Of a DNA stretch of 64,000 nucleotides, positions 23,972-35,432 are shown piece after piece. Below the pieces are notes generated by a model. It ran no database searches. It was not told the DNA's origin and saw only the letters and a program-made list of their open reading frames with translations. Numbering within the stretch: the stretch's first letter is position 1; each line of letters begins with the position of its first letter. The position numbers were made by a program, and so were the translations under genes. Origin of the DNA: Lingula anatina (lineage: Eukaryota; Animalia; Brachiopoda); the NCBI GenBank assembly GCA_051362555.1, contig CM120649.1, forward strand, positions 17,684,567 through 17,748,566, given 5' to 3'.

Positions 23972-24224
23972 GGGCTCGTTCACAATGAAGCTAGAATTCT
24001 ACAAACATCGATCCAACTCCGTGGGAATTGTCACTGAATGCAATCAGATTAACAGATTAATACTCTTCTCGTTTCCAACGTACTCATCTAATCACCAGCT
24101 TTCCTGTATTCTACTCAATGCCAAGTGGGGGAGTTTTATTTTGTTCATTTTACTGCATTTAGCAAGAGTCCCTGCGGAGTTGGATTGATTTATGTAGAAT
24201 GATAATTCTATTGGGAATGAGCCC
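23972..24224. mobile_element. Old foldback MITE with imperfect TIRs of about 95 bp
   Basis: Left arm GGGCTCGTTCACAAT...ATTCTACA...ATCCAACTCCG...AATGCA matches the reverse complement of the right arm, GGGCTCATTCCCAAT...ATTCTACA...ATCCAACTCCG...AATGCA. TSD not clear. Confidence 0.75.
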
Positions 24225-25279
24225 TATAAATATTTGAAAGTGTTTTGTTACTACCCTCCATTTTTCTCACTCCTGCAACTTTCCAACTAAGCCCATCAAC
24301 TGAACTGTTTAGTCAGTAAATATATTAAGTAAACAGGCACAGGGTCAAAAATATGTATCTGAATAACAGTAATAATAATTTAAACCGTAACAATAATTAG
24401 GACGGTGTTACAGTCACGCACTAGGATTTATACTCTCTGATATAAAAAATAACTGAAGAATCTCAGACATTTCCTTTTGCCATATATAAAGTTCCAATGG
24501 TTTCGAGTGACGTAGACATTTTTCCATCTACACATTTCCTGTATTGACACAAAAAGATAACATGTATCGGTGGAATTATCCCGATTTTTCCCTTTCAAAA
24601 CAAAGACAACACTTAAAACCACTAAAATACCCACAATGCACCAGTCAGTCAATCACGCTAATCTCTCGTGTAACAGCCACATTCAAGAACAAATGACGCC
24701 ATCTTGTTAAAACCATCACATCTACAAAACATGATCATCCTCCCTGCTTCTTTCCGCCATTTTGAATACTAATATATATTTATCGCCCATTAACTCCACT
24801 TTTTATCTTCCCAGCTAAGTGCCTTTTTTCATCCTATGCAATTCGATATAGTGTTTGTGTGAAGCTGCTCAGTCAAGCACACATATTCATTGAAACAAGT
24901 TTTTATTTCAACCTGACAACCTGGACAAAAGGCGAAACGAAAATAGCCGCAGAACTATCCTTACGGCTTATTATCCTGCCAAACATTTAACACACCCTTT
25001 TCATATCCAGTTTTTGCAAACAGAGAAGAAACAACCTTGTAAATGGCAAAACATATATTCTGTTTCACTGGCAATTTGGTGACTCAAACATCAGGGCCTT
25101 TTTTTTCGTTTACAATACTCAATTCATCAATACATCACCCATTCAAGGGTATATCAATGAAAACATGTTCTTATATATTTGCTAAGACCAGCATGTTTTT
25201 AATGCAGTGGTAATCCATCCCTCAAAAGCCAACACCAGAGCCTGAGGCCCCAGAGCATGGATAATAAAAACACCATCCT

Positions 25280-25572
25280 TCAAAGAATCATTAAATCACA
25301 CAACACCCTGAAACTATACCCAAGCACCCAAGAATGCATAATGGAATTTTCAGCCACTGTATCCATGTTGCTGGGCTCTGTAATCGTAACTGACAGCCCT
25401 GCCATGAGGATAATGAAACAACAGCGCCAGAGACATGTCACCTCGACCAAGGTCAGCACATCCTCCTTTGTAAACCTTAATCTCATAATTCCACATATGA
25501 ACTTTTGCCGAATGGTCCTTACATTGACCTTCATCATGTGGTAAAGAAAATAAGACTGCCACAGAATATAAC
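25280..25572 (-). other. Candidate exon starting at a strong acceptor (3' boundary unknown; open frame to TGA at 25282-25280)
   Basis: Minus strand TCTTTCTTTTTCCTTTTTTATTCTGTAG|GTTATATTC (AG at 25574-25573). Confidence 0.4.
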
Positions 25573-26167
25573 CTACAGAATAAAAAAGGAAAAAGAAAGA
25601 TGAGAGGCCCAATTTGAAATATTCATAACTTTCTGTCAAAGTTATCAGCGCGTGCGTGTACTTGTGTTCTGCTTGGTGAAACATGGAGTGCCACTATGGC
25701 CGAGGTTCTCGAAAATAACCCGAATAGATAAGACAGATCTATATTATCACAAAAAGTAGCTGCACTCAATACAGCTACTGTAACAGCATGATTGGATTCA
25801 TCGCATTTCATGTAATGTGAAGCTTTCACTGGAAAACTGGTATAAGCTCATCTTGCCGTCTGCTCTTTACTTCCATTTGGAGGCCGTTACCGCCAGCTGT
25901 TTCCGAGTCATAACACAACGATGACTGGATTAATATTTTCAAACAAACCATAAATATTTTCCAGCGGCATTGAACCATTTGTGTAACAAATTTGCCTGTT
26001 GTCATAGTGCTGGTTTTGGTAAATAAAGCTGTTGAAGGTTGTTGGTTTTATTAATTTGGATTTTATTTTTTGCAGCGTCATGACAAATTATTAACTGCCG
26101 TGCCTTTTTGTCATGATCTACGTGACATCCCACCTAGTATAAATGCTTTCACTATGCTTCTCAGACA

Positions 26168-26170
26168 AAA

Positions 26171-26207
<37 letters not shown>
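26168..26207. repeat. (AAAT)n microsatellite
   Basis: Directly visible. Confidence 0.95.
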
Positions 26208-26211
<4 letters not shown>

Positions 26212-26394
26212 AACCGTAAAATGGTCTATCTTTCTCTTTATTTGCCACATGCCAACATTATCAATATATCAATGATAACAGGTAAACACACAAACAGACA
26301 CTTCGTGGTGTCTCCCGCTCTGGCAAACTTTCAGTTTTCAAATTTGCAATTTACAGTTGTATGCCCTTTTGCCAATGGGGATAAACTTTATAGT

Positions 26395-26395
<1 letters not shown>

Positions 26396-26437
<42 letters not shown>
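26396..26437. repeat. (CA)n microsatellite
   Basis: Directly visible. Confidence 0.95.
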
Positions 26438-26439
<2 letters not shown>

Positions 26440-29021
26440 AGTGCATAATATTAATAATAAGTATTCAATTCTTTTCACTGGAGAGCTTAAAAAGGGAGCT
26501 TAAAAAGGGAGACAAGTCTTTCCACAGAGCACTCTCCTTCTGAAGCCCTCCGGCTGAAAACATTTCTGATAATATATACCCCTGGAAATTGTACAAACAT
26601 TCAATCTTTCCCATTTGAGCCTCCTGTAAAGTGCCAGCCTGGAGAGAAACCCTGGGTGGAGGAAAACGTCTGGCAGTGTTGCGTCAATCAACCCCCATTT
26701 AAAATGCGGGATGACTCTTCATTGTTTCCAAGACATTGCCTCTTCTCCTAACATTCCCCACTATTCTGTCTGCTTCGTTGGCTGAGTAATTCTATCAAAG
26801 CAACGCCTAAAGCTGAGAACGAGCAGCGATTGGAAAATAATGGTAGAACTAACCAACACAGTATGCCCTGTCATTTCCTTTCTCTTTATTTATTCCTTTT
26901 TTTTTTTTTTTTTTTGTAGTCAAAGCAGTGAGGAGGGTAAGGGTAATGCCATTTTTATTGGTCCAATGGTCGTGAGCTAGCAAACAAATTGTTCCTTGTG
27001 ACTTATGTCTGTTTGTCTACATTCTGAAAACCAAAATTAGGAAGGGAAATAATCTGCATGGGCCGAAAAATATATTCAAATGAAGAAAAGTATTTTTACC
27101 TGTTTTTATAGAAATACTTCATTTCACATTGGAATATAATGGAACTAGTACCAGAACGTAACATAATATTTTATAAAATAACTCACTTCTATTTCTTTTT
27201 TTAATCATATTATAGCAGATGTTGAAAAGAAAGTCAATATCAGTTTACTACAGTCTTATTTATATCAATTTCTGTTATTAATTCCTTATTTATTTACTTA
27301 TTTATTACTGTAATAAGCCATTCACTGGAAGTTACTAAGTACGGAAAAGTAACAAAACAGAAATCACTTTCAGACATTCACTTGCTGAAATTAAAATATT
27401 TTCTTTCCACTGGTAAAATGGAAGGACAAATCTCATACTATGTTTTTAGCAATTTTTCTAAAGCTTGTTATTTAGAACGACTGTACTTTTCCTTTCCCTC
27501 TTAACTATTTAATCAAAGCTCAAGCATAAATGACTCTCCAATCTTACCAACATTTTCTTCAATATAAATTAAGATCCCACAAAACAATTCCTTGTTTCAT
27601 TTTCAATCTCCAATGACACAGGCCTACCCAACTACCAGACTCAACAGCGAATGTTCCTGAATTCACCAGCAGATCGGATCACGCTACCCATCTACGCATC
27701 TCACAGTAACCTTCCCCCGGGACAAATTCTGTACAACGACCACAAGCTTATTTTGCCATTCGGGTATCTTGCTTCATTTTCGTCAAGTAGGAGTCGTAAG
27801 AATACAACAATACCGCGGCAGATGTAACCAGTGAAAAAATCATATAATTTCAGTAAGTTACGTGATTCATTTTTTGTTAACAATAAAGCAGATGATTATA
27901 TTTTAAATGTTATGGTGATTTTCTAGCTAAGCGAGGATATACACATCTATTTTTATTTTTGCCAGACTTAAAACATACTTACTACTGCATAACATCGTTG
28001 GCTATGTTCAAACCTGCACTTTACGTTAAAAGAATTCGATTTCTTACATAAAACAGGGAAAATAGCAGTACCACATGAATATTGATGAGATAACACTACT
28101 TTCCAGCCCCGCTCAGAATCATCGCTATCAAATCACGTAACCGGCAAGAGGGTGCCGCATCTGATACTAAAAAGCGGGTACTGATACACACCTTGAAAAT
28201 GGGTAGCGTGAATTTTGGATCCTTCGGTGCCGAGTCTGGCAGTTGGATAGGCCTGTGATATCACTTGTAGAAAGTATCAAGCAGATTAATTTACACACCA
28301 CTGTCTGGAAAGATGTCATTAATCTTCCCCAGAGGATTAGAGAAAAACAACGAATTAATCTTATAATCAAGAGAAATGAAACCACTAATCCACTTTCTTT
28401 AATGGAGAAACACAACTACACAAAGAGAAAACTTTTGAAATAAATTACATCTTCTTTATGCATATATTCAGAACATTTACACGGTCACACAAGTGCATAC
28501 GCATGCACACTCAGGTACGCTTGCACGCACATTCACATACAACAATCTGTCACATCTTCTCAACACAACAGAAAGTTACATAAATTCCAAGCAGACGTCA
28601 CTCCAAAGTCAGCTCATTTTTAAACTCGTTTCCAGGATCTCCACCGAATCCATGGAGAAACACCAAACCAAGTCAGTTACTGTCACAGTGCCAACACATC
28701 GTATCAAACATTTCCTTTTATAATATTTTCAGAGACAATCCCTTACAATAGGTTTCCTGTTCTAAGGATTTATGCTGTAAGGTTGCATTCATTGTGTAAT
28801 GGATGTAATACTAAGTACAAAAGATGTGGTGACTTTACCACAACAGACAGGCCTGACAGACGGAGAGCGGGTAGCGACTAATTGTGGCCACATATGACAA
28901 AGGTTCCGCGATCAGTCTGTTTAACTTCTCTGAATATATCGGCACAAAACTGAGTCACCCCAGCACAGCATTGTGGTACCAAAGTCATTAAAAACCTGTA
29001 AATACCCTATTCTGCACTCAC

Positions 29022-29126
29022 CAATGTCGCTACTTCTCATTTATTATGGAGCTCCAACACAGCCGGCTTTCAGGGCCATCTTTTTGCTTGACCTGTCGCT
29101 ACCTTTCAGAATGACCCCCGCGTCAG
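29022..29126 (-). other. Candidate 105-nt internal 5'UTR exon
   Basis: Acceptor TTTTTTCATCCTTGTTGTTCACAG|CTG and donor TTG|GTGAGT; higher GC than flanks; contains uORF MALKAGCVGAP** followed immediately by an ATG (29040). Confidence 0.55.
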
Positions 29127-31320
29127 CTGTGAACAACAAGGATGAAAAAATACCCCCGCTTCCAATTTCCAATAAACCATTATGCCTGTAAGGTGCCTGC
29201 CGATTGTGATTTTGATTTGCTTAACCTTGGCTTTAACAAAGGATTATCGGAGACGAAAACAAGGACGGTGGTACTACGACACCAGTGAGGCAACACTTCA
29301 AAGAGATTGTTTATTTATATTTTGAGTTCCTTGACACCAGTGGAAGTTGAATGTGTCCTCACTGAGTATACTGTATTCCACCAATAATGAATTTAAAAAG
29401 CAGATATTGTGTCCCTCTCACAAAAACAATTTACGGAGTTATGATGTGGTCCGGAAAGTAGTCCAAAATTAGTATGAGGTACACATGGAAACGTCTTTAA
29501 AATAGCTGACCATATTGTTGGCAGCAACCACGTTTCCTGTAAGAACTAAATTAAGTACTGTAAAAATACTTAAAACTCATTTCACATGTGTCTCAATAAA
29601 ATAAAAAAAGAAAAAAGAAAAAATGGAAGAGAAATTAATAAGGGAAAAAAGGTATCAGGTATTAAGTACAGGGAAAGGTTCAGTGATCCAGCAAAGGCCT
29701 CCTTGAACTAATGACGATGCCTAACACGGGTAGCGCCCTGCCTTTTATTACCGTGAACAAAAAACTGGGACACGTAAATAATCCGTCACCTATGTTACAA
29801 AGACACACCACCAGAGCCTCAAAGAATAATTAACTCTCAATTTAAACTCCATAATACAGAGTAATCTTAGCTCGGGGCCATCGGGGCAAACTACCATCCA
29901 ACAAATATGATTAACTTTCATCTCTTCAGTAATCCAAATATGCCTAATCACCTACCAAATAATGGTATAAAATAACCACATTAACTTTGCACTGAAAAGT
30001 AATCGAACACTTTTTAAATAGACCCTAGAGCTGCCCAGACTGCAGGCTACGAACCAGTCTCAACAGTCCTGATATAAAGAAGGAAAAAAAGTCTACACTC
30101 CGATGCAATCCAACCCTACACAAAACAGGCTTTCCCCTGTATTACAACCAGCGCACGGGGCTACCAGCTATTTGTTGTAACAACACTTCAGGTCAGACCA
30201 AGGTTTCATTTAATTCGACCCAGTTCCATTGACTTCAAAATGCGAAGCAAAATCAATATAAACGGCAGGGAGAATATAACTTCCACTTAAACTGTATGTC
30301 TCTACAGCTTGCAGCACCAGTTGCTGCCACGTTGACAGTGATGCATTTTAATCACGAAAAAAAAAAGCAAGATATTAATTCTTTATCTGCTTGGTCTAGC
30401 ACGACAACAGATCTAGCTTTTCTGTAACTATGCTACATATATTTTTAGCATGGAAGAACCAACTGCTTTTTATTGAACCCCAAAAATCTTTAGCATATGA
30501 GCAAGAATTCAGACACGAAAGAAGAAAATGTGAATTTGTATGTATATATTCCTTTCAATTTCTATTTCACCTCTTTGTATCACATTAAACATGCATACCC
30601 CCTTCACAAATGAATTGATTTTTATTGTTTCACTTTCCACAGGAAAAAATCCCTATCTAAGTTTAAATACACATTGTCTCCGCATACAGTTTGTTCAACA
30701 TATGTTAGTACCACATGTTCTTAGGGGACAGAAGACTGTGTACATAATGGCCAAAGGACATGCTCTTTTCAGTTGTGAATTGCTTACAAATATCTCATGT
30801 TGACTAAAGGCCAGACAGTGCTTTCTCACACCATATATCTCAAGTAAGAAAATGAACCAAGACATGGCTTGATAGTAAGCCTTGGGGACTCTGCAACGTC
30901 AATCCCGATCTCGCAGAGAGAGAATTCTAAATCATGCGAGTCTGTAAAATACGGTTAGCTTAAACAAATGACCATGAAACTAAATCCTAACGCGCACTTT
31001 TCGTTTCAGCACACAAACTCTCCTCTAAATTATTCAGTGTATTAGCTGTACATTAAAACAAAAAGATGGTCTTCAGTAAGTCAAGTATTCCGCCATGGCG
31101 TGTTCGCAATCTCGCGTCCTTCGAGCTAAAGCTACGTGTAGCCAACCCCCAGCTTTGTATCAATAACCTTATCTGGCCATGCCTTCACTGAGTCACGTCA
31201 CCCCAACATGGATGTGTCTCTATAGGCGACCGTAGTGCTTGAGCATGACATTCACATCTAATTGCTGCTAAGGACAAATCCATACTAAGGATACTCAGGA
31301 CACGTCTGAACTGGTCTTAC

Positions 31321-31605
31321 CTTGAAACTTCACCCAGATCCTTTTCCCAATTCAAGCAATTCTTTAAACAGTCCTTGCTGTACCCGCTGAAGTGATAGTA
31401 GAAAGTAGTGGTAATAATATTATAAAGTAATAATCAAGCAACTGTTCAGAAATATATGTTGAAGCTACGCTATGCCGCAGTATTCGGGGATAAAAATCCA
31501 CAGAAGAAATGTATAAATACGCCGCCTGCAGCCGGGTAAGTATGGATGTACGTACGATGAAGCTGAAAAGCGTGCGCGAGTCACTTATGAAGCCCCACCT
31601 AGACT
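31321..31605 (-). other. Candidate non-coding first exon
   Basis: Donor AAG|GTAAGA at 31321/31320; Inr-like TCAGT at 31607-31603; CpG-enriched; no minus-strand ATG between 31321 and 31653. Confidence 0.6.
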
Positions 31606-31677
31606 GAACACCTAAGTAGACAGGCAATTCAAACCTCAGCGATCCCCACCACGCATGTGCAAGCTATTAACTTCTAG

Positions 31678-31695
31678 CAAGGTCACGTCAGGTCA
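31678..31695 (+). promoter_or_regulatory. Perfect nuclear-receptor DR4 with overlapping CAAGGTCA and CRE-like TCACGTCA
   Basis: AGGTCA-cgtc-AGGTCA at 31680-31695, 75-90 bp upstream of the candidate minus-strand TSS. Confidence 0.5.
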
Positions 31696-34600
31696 CAGAC
31701 AAGCATAATACCAGCAGGCAGGCCGCCTTGCGACCTCACAAATCTTGGGGCCGCGCACTATTGGAGAACCATGGATAATGGAAACAGCCAAACTGTATGC
31801 TATGCTACAAAGGGATAAACAGACTACATACAAGACTTGTACATTAACAAATAAACAATTTGACCATATCCTCAGGCAGGCGATTGCTAAACCTGACTGA
31901 ACAGAGGGCCCTGTAAACTGTATAGACATAACTGATAACTGCTGTATATCAATGTGATGAGATAAAACAGACAGACAGACAGACAGACATGAGCATAACT
32001 GGTATATCTGGGTTTGGAATACTTAATATAACACTGCCCCCCCCCCCTCCCCCCCTCCAGCTTCTGGTCTGCATACAAAAACAGGTTCTATCCTTTAAAT
32101 AAAGTCCATTCAGCAGATCTGCACAGTAATATCCTACCAATACCTGCAGGCAGCCCAGAAAAAAAAAGTCCAGGCCCTGGCAACAGTATAGACAAAACCC
32201 GATACATTCTGACACAGTTACACACATGATATTCAAATAGCAATCACATGTGCCTGCCCTATAAAGATACATTCTGAAACAATTATATATAATATGATAC
32301 ATCTATCTCCACCATGAGGAAGTGTACAATGGCAACCTCAATAAACAACTTGACTTTATTTATCTCACTACTACAGGGTTTGCATACTGATAACAAAGGA
32401 GAAAATAGGGACTGCCAGCATGGAATATTTATGATTCTCCCTCTTTAGTCTAACTCAGACTGTGCAGTTCATGTTTGTTATTCATGGCATGTTGCAAGTT
32501 TGCAAAGATGAATCCAAACTGAAGAAATTTTTCTCTGGGCCGTTTTCTTCATTTTCCATTTTGTCGCCAAGCCCCTGTGTTTCGTTTCTCATTTGGTTTA
32601 GTTTAACTAACCCAGGCTGATTTCTGCTTCACTTCTCATTTATTGCGTGTGCCTTGTCTATGCCTACGCGAGCAAGCAAGAAGGCCAGCAAGCAGGCAGC
32701 CAGGCAAGCAGGAGTATATTAGCTTTCCAACCATTAGGCAAACATAAAACCTCTTTGCGTTGTGAGGCATACTTGTTGGGTCATAGCAACTGCGTCTTAT
32801 CTCCGTCTCTGATGGGGGGATTGGGAGTTTAATCTTGTTTAAGATTTTCACATAGTCAAAGGGGACTTGTTTGACTTTTACCAACCTCATTTCGGATACA
32901 ATCTAAAGGTCCAAATCCATGTTGCAGGGTGACAATTCCTGAACACCCTGGCCCTAATTGTGGATAATATGTGTTATCCTATAAAAGGGCAGTGAAGATT
33001 TTTGTCCATGCCCCGGGACATGGATAAAGTGTCGCCTCCAGCTCCAGACGTGATGTCACTGGCTATTTTAAGCAGACCTATCAAACATTTCCTTCATCTG
33101 ATATCAACTTTACTCCCACACTGATTTCTCCAAGAAAAAAAATTGCAGAGATAATATTACAGCTTTATTCACCTTTTATTTGCCTATCATATGACTCCTG
33201 AACTGGATATGTTGAGCTCTGATGACAAAAAAAACTTTGTTTTGTTTAAAAGTTTAATTATATTTCCAGCTTTCATTTTTTTTAGTTATGCTGTATGGGA
33301 ATTTACTTCATCACCTCGCTTTAGTTCAATTTTTCAAAGAAAACTTGTGATTATTACTCACAGCACCAAATATTTTTTCTTGCTCTTTCGGTTTCCATGT
33401 CAGATGCAGAATTGCCAATCCCAAGTTCAGTTTTATTTCAGAAATGTGCCAAGCATTACCTTGCAGAACACACTTGACACATCTTGCATTCACTTTGTTA
33501 TTGGGTGCCCTTCTCTTTCAATTTCGGATTGTGACTTTGCACCGAATTTTATGTCACAAATACACTTGCCCTTTATTTCTCTTTTTAATTAAAGCATAAC
33601 AATTCAAAGTGCAATTTAACACAATACTGCTCTGAAGTAGAAAAACAATAACACTGCTGTTAACAGTTTTTATGTTGAAAAAATAAGAAGATTAATTCTC
33701 TCCCTTTTAACTCTATTCCTTCCTGCACAAAGTAATGAAAAACTGTTTAACATAATTAAAATAATGTTCTTTGTCTTTATATTATGCTTTCCACCCAGCT
33801 ATTCCAGTAACTGTCCTCACACTTCATCCATTGTAATCTTTCATATATTTCTCTTCTGCCAGTTGTATCAATAATTTTTACTTATACTCGGAGAATCAAA
33901 CTTTTCAATATGGCGTTGCTGACTGCTCAAAACTTTCATATTTCTGTCATTAACGACAAAGCACAGTTTGGGAAATATAATTTCTTTATTACCTTTGAAT
34001 TTAGTGAGTTATCCCCCTTTAATATTCATGAAGACCAATTAGGATTCAAGTGTTTCTCATTTTAAACAGCCCTAGGGCCAGGATTAATAGGAAGATAATG
34101 AATTTTAAAATCTGGGTGACATAACTCATGGCATGCCAAAAGACTTGTCACTGTTTTTTGAAAAGGTCATCTTTTAACTGTGCATTTAATATTCAGGGGA
34201 GTGATAGCTGCCTTTACAACCCTCAAAATTTAAGAAAGAAAGAGGAAGAAATTTTGGTGCAGAAACTCAACATAAAAAAAGCAAAGAACCACAGAATTGT
34301 CCATTAAATAAATAATTTAAATAAATAATTACTTATTCATCCTATCCTGTTGTCACCAGCTTGATACAGGTAAATTACATCAAAGCTGAAAATAATTACT
34401 CCTTGTTATAGAGAAAGCTTACCATGGTATACTTTACACACTTCGAAACATTATAATATACTGAATCATCCGAATATTTAACTAAAATATTATTTGTGAT
34501 ATGCAAAGGGACACTGGCACTGCTTTCACAGTTTTGGCTCAGGGTTGGAGATAAGACCAGGATTTTTTATAACCCAAGCAGGCTGCGCTGTCTTTCTTTA

Positions 34601-35415
34601 AAACACTTCTTCGCCCATCGGAAGTTTGCATTAGTCAAAACTGGAATAACCTGCTAAAACCACAAGAGTGAGGAAATCAAGTTAGACATGAATCCCAGTA
34701 CACAAATGGGCAAATTATAGTGGTTCTAAATGAATTTCTCAACCATGCTTTTTAATACAATACATAAAAGAGTTCAAACACTTCATTAGTTTTCAAAAAT
34801 AAAATCTAAGATAAGCTGTAGGAGTGTACCATGTAGGTGTACCAAATGACCGTCTATGCATCTTTTACTACTGTTTTTTTTTTTTAAATAATTTTTTTTT
34901 TTTTTTTTTTTGGGGGGGGGGGGGTCAAAATTGAAGAAATTTGTCTAATGATGAAAAAGCCTGCTGCATTTTACCTTGAATACTTCAAACTACACACCGC
35001 CTATAAATTCATACCAACCCTAAAAGTATGCACCTTTTGGGATACTCATCTTTGCAGCATAGGAATTTTGGCAGAAACATCTCTCTCACTCTTTGCCATC
35101 AAGAAAGCCGAGAAAAATGCAGTTTGTTTTTTCCCCCAGCTGCTATAAAGGGTTGCAATATGTCAGGCTCGGTTACTAAGAATATTCTTTAGCCTTGTTC
35201 TGGACGTACCACAACATTCCAGGAAATCTCTGAGGAAAAGTCAACATCTGAGAGCATCATGGTTATCTGAACAATTTATAAAACATGTTTCTCTCAAACT
35301 ACCTAGCTGTACTGTTACAAAAGAAAATATATCCCTTAATTTTTTTATTTTTATTCTCAGGCTGGGAAAATCTGATAATCTCATCAGTTGGCTCCTAGGT
35401 ACTCAGAATCTGATG

Positions 35416-35432
35416 TGACCTTGTTTTGACCT
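35416..35432 (-). promoter_or_regulatory. Perfect nuclear-receptor DR5
   Basis: TGACCT-tgttt-TGACCT. Confidence 0.4.

Noticed and set aside
25350-25562. Kunitz-like look of ORF ...SLPHDEGQCK...YKGGC...
   Set aside because: Only two of six cysteines, wrong spacing between them and no signal peptide; likely chance.
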